DNA of 64,000 nt from Candidatus Uhrbacteria bacterium (GCA_016215325.1 JACRJV010000026.1:95955-159954), one strand, 5' to 3'. Shown: positions 11,541 through 20,389, numbered from the stretch's first letter. Program-made: numbers and translations. The notes: generated by a model from the sequence alone, not told the origin.

Positions 11541-11582
11541 AAAATGGGGTCAGCCACCAAATGAAAATGGGGTCAGCCACCA
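11541..11582. repeat. Left terminal repeat of the RAYT element: tandem aaaatggggtcagccacca x2
   Basis: It is an imperfect inverted repeat of tggtgactgaccctatttttcatttgg at 12270-12296. Confidence 0.55.
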
Positions 11583-12247
11583 TTTCTTGGCCTCCCAACC
11601 CCACGCACCGTTTGATCCAGTCCAAAGCGTTGAATCATTGTACTCTGCCATTCTGGTTCTCCAAAGGGCATGCTTTTTAGTACACTCCGTTGAATAGATT
11701 TTTCCTCATCTTCGGTCTGCGGCTTGTTAAGCCACGTGAGATACCCCCTACCCGGTGGAATGGGCCAGATAGACAATAACTTTTTTTGTTCATCGGAACC
11801 ATTCTCTCTTCTCCAAACACTTGACCACTTCCAATCTTCTGCCTTTTCTACAATGTTTGCCCGTTTTGCATTGCGCTCCACGTATCGAACCAATGTAAGA
11901 AAATATATATCGTCCTGCACGAGAAATGCCTTATAGCGACCTTGATACAAGTGGCCTTGTCCAATAGTTTCTTTTTGCGCGTGCCATCGGCGCGTATGCG
12001 TATTGGTGAGCCAGCCCATAAACTGAGAAAGATCCCCATCGTTCTGAGGATGCACCACTAGATGCCAATGATTTGGCATGACACAATATGCCAGTAAACG
12101 CATCTTGTACTTTTCGATCGCCTCCTCGAGGATTTCTTCGAACTGTTGGTAGTCTTTCTTATTATCAAAGATACGCACGCGAGCGTTAGCGCGATTGAGA
12201 ACGTGATAGATATAATCGCCAGCATCGACGCGTGCTAATCTGGGCAT
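11573..12247 (-). CDS. IS200/IS605-family Y1 (HUH) transposase, RAYT / REP-associated tyrosine transposase type
   Basis: HUH motif CVMPNHWHLVV; N-terminal YHVLNRANAR; YxxxY…RY tyrosine region (RYVERNAKRANIV). Confidence 0.7.
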   Translation of the reverse strand: MPRLARVDAGDYIYHVLNRANARVRIFDNKKDYQQFEEILEEAIEKYKMRLLAYCVMPNHWHLVVHPQNDGDLSQFMGWLTNTHTRRWHAQKETIGQGHLYQGRYKAFLVQDDIYFLTLVRYVERNAKRANIVEKAEDWKWSSVWRRENGSDEQKKLLSIWPIPPGRGYLTWLNKPQTEDEEKSIQRSVLKSMPFGEPEWQSTMIQRFGLDQTVRGVGRPRNGG

Positions 12248-12269
12248 ATGATAGCATTATATCATAATA

Positions 12270-12296
12270 TGGTGACTGACCCTATTTTTCATTTGG
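12270..12296. repeat. Right terminal inverted repeat of the RAYT element
   Basis: tggtgactgaccctatttttcatttgg is approximately the reverse complement of aaatgaaaatggggtcagccacca. Confidence 0.55.
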
Positions 12297-12575
12297 AACA
12301 AACCCAAAATGCCTGGCTCGAACCCATGCGAGAATGGATAAAAGAGGCCCAAACTATAGGTGCAATCGCAAGGAATGACGACCTCTTTGCGAAAAAGGTC
12401 ATCGCCAAAAAAATATTTGGCTCAAACCTCCGTTTGGGGACCCGAAATTTAACGCTCGAATCGATATCGGAGGGGGGAAATGTATTGAAAACCAAAGAGG
12501 AAACGCACTGGGCGGCCTTTGTGGCCGCCCGTGAAAAGTTTTTGCGTTGTCCGGAAATGGACGTTTGTATGATGT

Positions 12576-12653
12576 TGGTAGCCCCATGGGGATTCGAACC
12601 CCAGTTTTCTGGCTGAGAACCAGACGTCCTAGACCGGGCTAGACGATGAGGCC
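12576..12653 (-). tRNA. tRNA-Glu, anticodon CUC, with encoded CCA and a G1-U72 wobble pair
   Basis: On the minus strand: GGCCTCA TC GTC… anticodon arm TCTGG-TTCTCAG-CCAGA; T-arm TGGGG-TTCGAAT-CCCCA; 3' acceptor TGGGGCT-A-CCA. The acceptor pairs throughout, with two G-U wobbles. Confidence 0.6.
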
Positions 12654-12700
12654 CCGAAAGACTGAACTTGAGTATACTCAAACGCTCGCGAATAGACAAT

Positions 12701-12748
12701 GACGGCTCGAACCCAGGGCGTACGCGGACACCGTGAACTCGAGCCGTC
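12701..12748. repeat. Hairpin GACGGCTCGA-N28-TCGAGCCGTC at the edge of high-GC islet 1
   Basis: Perfect 10-bp inverted repeat read from the sequence. Confidence 0.5.
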
Positions 12749-12779
12749 GGAATGAAAGTGAGGTCAGCCGTCGCCTGTG

Positions 12780-13073
12780 CTACGGCTTGCCCACGCCGGC
12801 CACGGCCTGGGCGTGCTGCTCCAGATCCGGGCGGGGATTGCCCGCATCGGTGGCGTTGGCGGATGTGGCGTCGACTTGGGCACCTAACGCGTCTTCGATG
12901 ACGTCGAACTTCCGGACTGTCGAAGCCAACTCCCGGAGCTTTCCTAGGGTGTACACCCTAGGCTCCTTGAACTCGTCGTCGACGAATTCCCAGTGGACGA
13001 TTCTGCCCTGATTGTCCTTCTTGAGGATCAGGGTGAGCCCTTTGGCCACGCTGATCTGCTCGATGAGAGTCAA
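12780..13073 (-). CDS. Hypothetical 97-aa protein encoded in a high-GC islet
   Basis: ORF MTLIEQISVAKGLTLILKKDNQGRIVHWEFVDDEF… sits in a roughly 0.4-kb stretch clearly GC-richer than its flanks. Confidence 0.3.
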   Translation of the reverse strand: MTLIEQISVAKGLTLILKKDNQGRIVHWEFVDDEFKEPRVYTLGKLRELASTVRKFDVIEDALGAQVDATSANATDAGNPRPDLEQHAQAVAGVGKP

Positions 13074-13187
13074 TGATAAATGAGTATGACAAAATCACTG
13101 GTGGCAGTCAACGACACGTACTATTAAATACACCGTCCAAATTCTTTGGACGGTGTATTCGGATGGGAGAGGACACTCTGCGGTAGT

Positions 13188-14318
13188 CTAGATCAACGTC
13201 TCGCGGTTCAAGGGAAACGTCGTGCCATCCATCACATTCTCTGATCCTCTTACCCATTGAATGATCCGCGACATGCCAAAACCGCAGCCCGCGTGCGGGA
13301 CGCTCCCGGCACGAATACGCGAGAGGTACCACTCAAAGTCCTTGATATCGCCGCCCTTCTCCAGCAGCCGTTTGTACATCCGCGAGTTTAAGAGCCTCGC
13401 CTGCATTTGGTCGGCATCGTGCACCCGTGCTGCAGAACCCACCGACTCTCCCGAAAACGGGAGGATGAGATCTGAACTTAACACGCGTCCGGGGTTTTCT
13501 GGGTCTGGGAGCATATTAAAGAACTTTTCAACCTCGATGTGTTTGCCAAAGTCCACCATCGGGTCAGGATAGCGCGTGATAAACACGGGGGCATTGCCAT
13601 GGTGCTGGATGAGGATGCGTTCTAGGGCACTGCTGATGTCATCCCCCCATTCAATGCGGTTGCCGAGTTTTTGGAGCTCTTCGATCGCTTCGTCATACGT
13701 GATCCGATCAAACACTTTGGGGCAGGCTTTGAGGCGTTCGATGTCGGCCGCAATTAACCCTAAAGTCGCAGGGTCCTGGGCATTGGCAATATCTTGGGCA
13801 ATCGCATACACAAATCCATTGATGTAGCCCAGCAGGTCATCGAATGAGCCCGGGAATTCGATTTCCATCATTTGGAATTCTACTAAATGCCGTGCGTCGG
13901 CAATCGGTTCAGCGCGGAAGCTGGGACCAGAGCAATATACTTTCCCGAGTGTCGGCACTAACGCTTCCAGATAGAGTTGCCCTGTTTGCGAAAGGTACGC
14001 GCGCCGACCGTTGAACCACTTAGTATCCTCATCAACCGCTACTTCAAACAACGTATTCACGTTTTCGCACGCGCCACTGGCGCGCACCAGGTGCGGGGTC
14101 ATGACTTCCACAAATCCCTGACTTTCCAAGTACGACCGACCGCTTTTAAATACCGCCGCAACCAGCCGCGTGGCATCTAACCATGCCTTCGGAGCACCGA
14201 TGGATGGATCAACCGTCGTATGCGTGGGGTGGATCGGCAATGTCGGGGAAGCTGGCGTTGAAGTGACGGATTGCGTGAGTGTCGCGTTTGGTAAGATGGC
14301 TCCGGGTTGTGGGGACAT
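13188..14318 (-). CDS. AsnRS-like class II aminoacyl-tRNA-synthetase catalytic core without an anticodon-binding domain (archaeal AsnA / AS-AR-like asparagine synthetase candidate)
   Basis: GFVEVMTPHL…; motif 2 SGPSFRAEPIADARHLVEFQMMEIE (FRAE is AsnRS-type); motif 3 GCGFGMSRII. The N-terminal roughly 45 aa are low-complexity P/T-rich instead of an OB fold. Confidence 0.55.
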   Translation of the reverse strand: MSPQPGAILPNATLTQSVTSTPASPTLPIHPTHTTVDPSIGAPKAWLDATRLVAAVFKSGRSYLESQGFVEVMTPHLVRASGACENVNTLFEVAVDEDTKWFNGRRAYLSQTGQLYLEALVPTLGKVYCSGPSFRAEPIADARHLVEFQMMEIEFPGSFDDLLGYINGFVYAIAQDIANAQDPATLGLIAADIERLKACPKVFDRITYDEAIEELQKLGNRIEWGDDISSALERILIQHHGNAPVFITRYPDPMVDFGKHIEVEKFFNMLPDPENPGRVLSSDLILPFSGESVGSAARVHDADQMQARLLNSRMYKRLLEKGGDIKDFEWYLSRIRAGSVPHAGCGFGMSRIIQWVRGSENVMDGTTFPLNRETLI

Positions 14319-14324
14319 AGAAGT

Positions 14325-14365
14325 TAAGAGATAAAGAGATAAGGAGATGAAGAGATAAAGAATAC
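14325..14365 (-). promoter_or_regulatory. CU-rich tandem octamers (CTTTATCT CTTCATCT CCTTATCT CTTTATCT, mRNA sense) ending 6 nt before the AsnRS-like start codon
   Basis: Read from the sequence; a related copy lies ahead of pyrE at 15217-15245. Confidence 0.4.
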
Positions 14366-14378
14366 GCTCATAAAAAAA

Positions 14379-14409
14379 GACTCTCCGTCAACGGAGAGTC
14401 TGGAAAAAC
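14379..14409 (-). terminator. Rho-independent terminator after pyrE
   Basis: Minus-strand stem GACTCTCCGT-tgac-GGAGAGTC followed by a T8 run. Confidence 0.7.
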
Positions 14410-14554
14410 GAAACAATGAGTTGTTGCGCGGTATCGTACTGGCACTGGTGATTGAAGAACCTCACAGGTTTCTTATCATGGATTTATGTACAAATTACAT
14501 AGTATAATAGCACAACTATTGATTCTGTCAAGGGCCTTGGTTATCCACACTCAA

Positions 14555-15208
14555 CTACAACGCCTTTGCGGCCGGAACGCCAGTTTGGCCTACCAAATAC
14601 CCACGGACCTTGTCGTACATCTCTGCGGTGATCATACCGCTCTCTTTGTAATACGCCAACATATCCGAAAGCGTCATCACGGCATGGAGCGTCACCCCGT
14701 GCTCCTTGAGCTCCGCCGTTCCGCCTTGTTCGCGATCCACCAATACCACAACATCGTTGACCACGAGCCCTGCCTCGCGCAGGGCATTCGCGCCTTCGAC
14801 TTTGGTATCAGCCTTGGTAACCAAATCGTCGACCATCAAGGCGGTCTGCCCTTTTTGGAAGACGCCTTCAATTTTAGCACTAATCCCATGGGTTTTGGTG
14901 TCTTTCTTCGGGGTAATCATCGGGATATCGGTACGATCCATGAGCAACGTTGCAATCGGTGTGGCAGCCGTTGGTAAGTCTGCCAACACATCGCATTTGA
15001 TTCCATCGCGCGCCATCATCGCCTTGAGTTCATCCACGGCCAAGCGGATGGCATACGGGAACGACCGAAGCACGCGAAGATCGACATAGATCGGCGAAAG
15101 TGGAGCATCGGGGTTGGTCTCGTGGAGTTTGAGCTTAAACGCGCCGAACTTTACCGACCCGATATCGAACAGTGCTTTCGCGAACTTTTGACTTGTTTCG
15201 GTGAGCAT
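14555..15208 (-). CDS. pyrE: Orotate phosphoribosyltransferase
   Basis: PRPP-binding motif ALMVDDLVTKADTKVEGANAL; N-terminal FDIGSVKFGAFKLKLHETNPDAPLSPIYVD. Start trimmed to Met-47. Confidence 0.75.
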   Translation of the reverse strand: MLTETSQKFAKALFDIGSVKFGAFKLKLHETNPDAPLSPIYVDLRVLRSFPYAIRLAVDELKAMMARDGIKCDVLADLPTAATPIATLLMDRTDIPMITPKKDTKTHGISAKIEGVFQKGQTALMVDDLVTKADTKVEGANALREAGLVVNDVVVLVDREQGGTAELKEHGVTLHAVMTLSDMLAYYKESGMITAEMYDKVRGYLVGQTGVPAAKAL

Positions 15209-15245
15209 AGACGTGGGAGATAAAGATATGAAGATATTAGGGGTG

Positions 15246-16130
15246 TTAAGATTGATTGAACTGCGTAATATCATCGTGCATTTTTTGGGCCACTGCTCTT
15301 GCGGCCAGGGCAAAATCGGGGCCACTCGATGCGAATAGTACTCCACTGGAATTATTGATGATCATCCCCTGCTTTTTGGCATTGCGGCCATTCTTGACCG
15401 CTTTTTCCAAATCCCCTCCTTGTTTGCCAATACCGGGGATGAGCAATGGCATATCGCCCACGAGTTGACGAATGATGCCAAGTTCTTCGGGATACGTCGC
15501 GCCAGCAACAATAGCACAATTGCCATTTGAGTTCCACACTTCTGATACTTGTTTTGCAACCACCTGATATAATATCGCACTGTCCAAAGCTGGCTTCACT
15601 GGATTTACCGGCTTTACCGGCGAGCTGATCGTAAGATCCTGGAACTCCCCTGCCCCGGGGTTTGAGGTCCGAGCGAGCACAATGATCATTTTATCGGCAC
15701 GATCCAAAAAGGGCTTGAGGGCCTCTTTGCCGAGATACGGATGCACCGTGATCGCATCCGCCCCCAGCCAATCAAACGCGAATTTCACGTACCCATTGTT
15801 GGTATTGCCAATGTCCGCCCTCTTGGCATCAAGGATCAAGGGGACCTCCGGAGCTTTTTCATGAATGAAATCCACGGTGCGCTTGAGCACAGAGATCCCG
15901 CAGGTGCCGAGCGCCTCATAAAATGCGCTGTTCGGCTTATAAGCGCAGACAATATCTTTGGTCGCCTCAATAATCTCGGCATTAAAATCCACAATCGCGT
16001 CTTCCTCAAAATCCGGTTCCTTTTTAAGGTGCGGCGGGAGTTTTTCGTAATCACTATCAAGCCCCACGCACACAAACTTCCCTTCAGCCCAACGGGCATT
16101 GAATAATTCCATGGCGTTACGATCGGACAT
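15246..16130 (-). CDS. pyrF: Orotidine-5'-phosphate decarboxylase (type 2, long form)
   Basis: LDAKRADIGNT, …VCVGLDSDYEKLPPHL…, and VHPYLG. Confidence 0.75.
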   Translation of the reverse strand: MSDRNAMELFNARWAEGKFVCVGLDSDYEKLPPHLKKEPDFEEDAIVDFNAEIIEATKDIVCAYKPNSAFYEALGTCGISVLKRTVDFIHEKAPEVPLILDAKRADIGNTNNGYVKFAFDWLGADAITVHPYLGKEALKPFLDRADKMIIVLARTSNPGAGEFQDLTISSPVKPVNPVKPALDSAILYQVVAKQVSEVWNSNGNCAIVAGATYPEELGIIRQLVGDMPLLIPGIGKQGGDLEKAVKNGRNAKKQGMIINNSSGVLFASSGPDFALAARAVAQKMHDDITQFNQS

Positions 16131-16155
16131 AAACGATGATAAAAAATCTTAAATT

Positions 16156-16521
16156 TTATTGCGGCTCTCTTTCTTGCTCTTTCAAAAGCTCGAGCACCTT
16201 CGCCTTCGCGCGTTCGAGCACGGCTTTTGCCTCAGCGCTGCTCCATCGGGCTTGAGGGATTTCTTCTCGGATGACAATTTCGGTATAGGCATTGGCCATA
16301 ATCTCTTGCAGTTCCGGCCGCGGCGTTATGTTGTTGGTGGACTCTGCGAGTTTCCCGATCGCTCGATCAACCGCTGTTTCGATAACAGTGTCGGGGACTG
16401 TTTGGAGTTCGTGGGTTTTTGCTTCAATAACTCCACCGTGATCAGGCCCAGCAACAGTCATCGCCGGGGTCTCGGCATCCTCGTTCGAATGAAGCCATTC
16501 GGGGATCGGAGCATCTTGCAT
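16156..16521 (-). CDS. Hypothetical acidic protein
   Basis: 121-aa ORF between pyrF and pyrD; no recognisable motif. Confidence 0.35.
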   Translation of the reverse strand: MQDAPIPEWLHSNEDAETPAMTVAGPDHGGVIEAKTHELQTVPDTVIETAVDRAIGKLAESTNNITPRPELQEIMANAYTEIVIREEIPQARWSSAEAKAVLERAKAKVLELLKEQEREPQ

Positions 16522-16538
16522 ACGCTCGTAATATTATT

Positions 16539-16886
16539 GTGTTTAAAGAAAGGACCTTGATCTTTATTGAGCACTCATTATACTGGAAGTACTATCATTC
16601 ACCACACTCTACTATGGGAGCCGAAATGCCTCAATCTCTTCCAGAGCAAGAAATAACGGACAGAATCAAAGAGTTCACCCGCGGGATGGCCCCCCTTGTA
16701 GGGTCCCCGGAATCCATCGCAGAACATTCTACGGAAATTCAGGGATTATTGGATCGTTTCCAAGGGCTCATTATTCAAATGGAGAGTGACGCCGTACTCA
16801 TGAGTAAACCCTATGGACCAACATTGTTAGATTCTGCAAAAACAGCACGGAGAGGGTATGTGGAAACTCTCAATAAAGCCGTGTAG
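16539..16886 (+). CDS. Hypothetical protein (start possibly at Met 16614)
   Basis: ORF divergent from the previous one; no recognisable motif. Confidence 0.35.
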   Translation: MFKERTLIFIEHSLYWKYYHSPHSTMGAEMPQSLPEQEITDRIKEFTRGMAPLVGSPESIAEHSTEIQGLLDRFQGLIIQMESDAVLMSKPYGPTLLDSAKTARRGYVETLNKAV

Positions 16887-16918
16887 GTGGCAAAAGAACG
16901 ATCAAACTAACGTCGGTC

Positions 16919-17872
16919 TTACGCCCCATGCGCCACCCCGATCAATTCTTTAATATCGGTGATATTGTTTTGATCCATATAGTCCAATAGTTGCTGCTTG
17001 AGCTCAACGATCACTTTCATGCCTTTGGTGTACGTCACGGTGCCGATCCCCACGAGCGCAGAACCCGCCATAAACATTTGGACAATATCGGTAACTGTCG
17101 AAACTCCGCCCATCCCAATTATCGGAATGTTTACGGCATTGTAAATTTCGTACACGCATCGCACGGCAATGGGCAAAATCGCCGGGCCGCTGACGCCCCC
17201 CATCTTGGCGCCAATGATGGGCTTCCTCTTTTTAATATCAATAATCATCCCCGGGCCGGCGGTATTAATGGCGGTGATGCCATCGGCGCCGCCGTCTGCG
17301 CAAGCCTTGGCGATCTCCGCAATGTTGGTCACATTGGGCGAAAGTTTTGCAATCACCGGAATAGATCCAGAAATTTTTTTTACCTCTGCCACAATCTGCC
17401 CGGCCGCGCCCTTTTCCATGCCGAGGGGTTTACCAAATTCATCATCCACATTCGGACAAGAAAGATTAAGTTCGATCGCTGCGGGGGCTTGAGGCACAAT
17501 CTTCTCCACGAGATACAAAAATTCTTTTATCTTGGTTGCGAACAAACTCACAATAATCGGCGCTTGGGCGCCATAGGTTTTGATAAACTCTCCAGCCTCT
17601 TTACTCCCCTCTTCGATACCAGCGTTTCGCAGACCCACCGAATTAATGAGTCCCGCATCGTATTTCCAAAGCCGCGGCAAAGGGTTGCCTTCTCGTCGCT
17701 CAAACGTAAATGATTTGAGCGTGATGCCGCCATAGCCCGCTTCCACGGCCCGCTTATGCTCGGCCGTTTCAGTCACAATACCAGAGGGTAAAATAAAGGG
17801 ATTTTCGAACAAAACTTCGAAAACGTTGGTCGCAAGGGTGGCCATAGGAGCTTGATGAAAGCGATGATGCAC
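16919..17872 (-). CDS. pyrD: Dihydroorotate dehydrogenase, class 1 catalytic subunit
   Basis: LKSFTFERREGNPLPRLW, GLINSVGLRNAGIE, NLSCPNV, and C-terminal GMGGV…GAS…G. Confidence 0.8.
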   Translation of the reverse strand: MHHRFHQAPMATLATNVFEVLFENPFILPSGIVTETAEHKRAVEAGYGGITLKSFTFERREGNPLPRLWKYDAGLINSVGLRNAGIEEGSKEAGEFIKTYGAQAPIIVSLFATKIKEFLYLVEKIVPQAPAAIELNLSCPNVDDEFGKPLGMEKGAAGQIVAEVKKISGSIPVIAKLSPNVTNIAEIAKACADGGADGITAINTAGPGMIIDIKKRKPIIGAKMGGVSGPAILPIAVRCVYEIYNAVNIPIIGMGGVSTVTDIVQMFMAGSALVGIGTVTYTKGMKVIVELKQQLLDYMDQNNITDIKELIGVAHGA

Positions 17873-17904
17873 GATATACTGATAATATCCTTGTTTTCAA
17901 TTCT

Positions 17905-18093
17905 ATGCAAGAATTTCGTTGCCGCGTTGACCATAAATTGCTGCTCAAGGCATGTTTGGTCGATGCCGATGTCGAGATTAAATGCCGCAGTTGCGGCACC
18001 ATGAATCTCTTCAAAAAACATGAGCATGTGGATCCAACGATGCTCTGTTACAAAGAAGGATGCCCCAATCGCGTTCAGCAACCGGCGACGTAA
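17905..18093 (+). CDS. Small CxxC zinc-ribbon protein
   Basis: CRVDH…CRSCGTMNLF…CYKEGCPN; it overlaps the upstream part of the sufS ORF frame, so low confidence. Confidence 0.25.
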   Translation: MQEFRCRVDHKLLLKACLVDADVEIKCRSCGTMNLFKKHEHVDPTMLCYKEGCPNRVQQPAT

Positions 18094-18193
18094 ATGTCCT
18101 GCCTACATAAACAGAGCCCCGGCGATACCGATGACGCCCTCGCACAACGAAGCATTCAATGCTCATGCGATACATGAGTTTTCTTTTTGGTTT

Positions 18194-19411
18194 ATGGATC
18201 TACAAAAACTCCGCAATGACTTCCCACTCCTGGCTTCGCCTTCGAACAAGCCAGTGATGTATTTTGACAATGCGTGCATGAGTTTGAAGCCCCGAGCAGT
18301 GATCAACGCAATGAACCAATATTATGAACAGTTCCCCGCCTGCGGCGGCCCTGGCCGCAGCGGCCATGCGCTGGGGGCCCGCGTCCGGGAGGCAGTCGAT
18401 CAGTCGCGCCAAACAATCGCACGCGCCATCGGCGCCCAACACCCCAATGAGATTATCTTCACCCGCAACACCACAGAGAGCATCAACCTCGTTGCCCGCA
18501 GTTTCCGTTGGAACGCCGGCGATGTCGTGCTCACCACCGACAAAGAGCATAACTCTAATTTGATCCCGTGGCTCAATACCCGGAGGTTGTCCAACATCCG
18601 GCATGCCGTAATCCCGTCCCTGCCGGACAACACATTCGATTTAAGCGCGTTCGAGCAGCTGCTCAAACTGGGCTCCGTCCGGCTCGTGAGTGTTGGCCTC
18701 GTCTCCAATCTCGATGGCGTGCGCGTCCCTATTGCTGAAATCATCAAACGCGCTCACGCCGCCGGCGCAATGGTCATGGTTGATGCGGCACAGGCGATGC
18801 TCCATTCCCCCCTAAACGTCCAAGCGCTTGGTGTCGACTTCCTCGCATTCTCCGGCCATAAAATGCTCGGGCCCACCGGTACGGGCGTTTTGTATGGTAA
18901 ACGGGAGCTGCTCGAAAATCTCGAACCATTCCTACTGGGCGGCGATACCGTGAGCGCAACAACCTATACCGATTTCCAACTCTTGGACGTGCCAGAGCGT
19001 TTTGAAGCAGGACTCCAAGACTACGCCGGCATCATCGGCCTAGGGGCAGCAATGGAGTACCTGCAATCCATTGGTTGGCCATTCATTGAGTCGCAGGATC
19101 AGCAGATGAATCGGATCATCACAGAAGGGATTGCCCACCTAAAAGGAGTACACATGATCGGACCAGCTGATCCGGCCCTTCGTGGCGGCATTGTGGCATT
19201 TACCATCAAGGGCATGGACCATCACCAAGTGGCGGTGATGCTCGAGCAGATGAACGCCATTCTTGTGCGGTCTGGCCAACACTGTGTACACTCTTGGTTT
19301 GGGAGCCGCGGCATCCCCGGCTCGGTACGCGCTTCGGTGGCCTTCTACAACACTGTCGACGAAGCCGAGCAGTTTGTGCAAGCCATGGAAAAAATAACGA
19401 CGTTGCTCTAA
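18194..19411 (+). CDS. sufS: Cysteine desulfurase (SufS / class V aminotransferase)
   Basis: MDLQKLRNDFPLL…VMYFDNACMS…; PLP-lysine region SGHKMLGPTGTGVLYGK; the C-terminal Cys motif is typical of SufS. Confidence 0.8.
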   Translation: MDLQKLRNDFPLLASPSNKPVMYFDNACMSLKPRAVINAMNQYYEQFPACGGPGRSGHALGARVREAVDQSRQTIARAIGAQHPNEIIFTRNTTESINLVARSFRWNAGDVVLTTDKEHNSNLIPWLNTRRLSNIRHAVIPSLPDNTFDLSAFEQLLKLGSVRLVSVGLVSNLDGVRVPIAEIIKRAHAAGAMVMVDAAQAMLHSPLNVQALGVDFLAFSGHKMLGPTGTGVLYGKRELLENLEPFLLGGDTVSATTYTDFQLLDVPERFEAGLQDYAGIIGLGAAMEYLQSIGWPFIESQDQQMNRIITEGIAHLKGVHMIGPADPALRGGIVAFTIKGMDHHQVAVMLEQMNAILVRSGQHCVHSWFGSRGIPGSVRASVAFYNTVDEAEQFVQAMEKITTLL

Positions 19412-19456
19412 CAATTTTTACCGCGATTCATTAGACATGAGAAATTTTGCAGGAGT

Positions 19457-20389
19457 ATGGTCTGTATCCTTTCCTTTATCGTCCTTTCTATCACAGGGCT
19501 CTTTAGCTCAACGCACCGGGAGCTCGCCAAAGAGGCATGGGGGTGCGTGTGGCGGCGCGTGACATTGCGACCCTGCACGGTCGGGTTCAAAGAAAAAATA
19601 AAAGGCCGGCTCGTGGCATGGCTGTTGGGCCGATCCACACTCGCGGCAAAAATCCTCAACCGCTACTTTGAACTCCTTTCCTGGACGTTAGTGGTGCTTA
19701 CCATGGTGAGTACATTCTGGACCGTGCGCGGGCTCTACAACTATTATTTCTATGGCAGTTGTAATGGTTTAAACAGTACCGGCTTTTGCGTGTTTGACCC
19801 TGCCGGAGAAAATAATCAAGTTTCCTCGCTCAATACCCAATGCAGCGACAAACCGCAAAAAGAATCCGACGTAATTCTCTCCCCGGTCCCTGTGGAGGAA
19901 TTCCCCACCAAAAATGCGGGAGTAAAAAATCAGGTCGTCTTCATTGGGTGCTACAGCTGCGACTATACGCGGAAGTCGTATCCGCTGATCCAACAACTCA
20001 TCAAAGAAACAGGTGCTCAATATACGTTTGTCCATTTCCCGGTCAAACCGGAAACCAAATATTTAAGCGCCTACGCGCAGTGCATCGCAGATCAGAATAT
20101 CGAACAATTCTGGAAATGGAATGATGTCGTCTTTGCTTCAGAGAAATCCGATATTGCCAAACCAGAATACATTCAAACGCTGATGGAAAAGAATGGCATT
20201 GATACAAAAAAAGTTTTGGAGTGCGTCAACGACCCCAAAACCGCCGAAACCGTCAATCGACAGTATAACCAAATCAAGTCCACGCATCTCTACGGCACGC
20301 CCACGATTTTTTTCAACGGACGCGCCTACGTTGGCCCCAAGCCTTACCGCGTCTACCGCAACGCCCTGCGACGATTCCTTCCCTGGTAA
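19457..20389 (+). CDS. Membrane-anchored thioredoxin-fold thiol:disulfide oxidoreductase (DsbA-like)
   Basis: N-terminal TM segments followed by the CxxC motif VVFIGCYSCDYTRKSYP in a Trx-like domain. Confidence 0.5.
   Translation: MVCILSFIVLSITGLFSSTHRELAKEAWGCVWRRVTLRPCTVGFKEKIKGRLVAWLLGRSTLAAKILNRYFELLSWTLVVLTMVSTFWTVRGLYNYYFYGSCNGLNSTGFCVFDPAGENNQVSSLNTQCSDKPQKESDVILSPVPVEEFPTKNAGVKNQVVFIGCYSCDYTRKSYPLIQQLIKETGAQYTFVHFPVKPETKYLSAYAQCIADQNIEQFWKWNDVVFASEKSDIAKPEYIQTLMEKNGIDTKKVLECVNDPKTAETVNRQYNQIKSTHLYGTPTIFFNGRAYVGPKPYRVYRNALRRFLPW

Larger units (their letters stand above)
11541..12296 (-). mobile_element. Minimal RAYT/IS200-like element (transposase plus flanking inverted repeats)
   Basis: Inverted repeats at 11541-11582 and 12270-12296 flank the transposase ORF; the element sits about 280 bp from the tRNA-Glu 3' end. 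Confidence 0.5.

Noticed and set aside
12248-12699. ORFs 12248..12616 (+) and 12289..12699 (-)
   Set aside because: Both run through the tRNA-Glu gene and start inside the RAYT inverted repeat. They are most likely non-coding.
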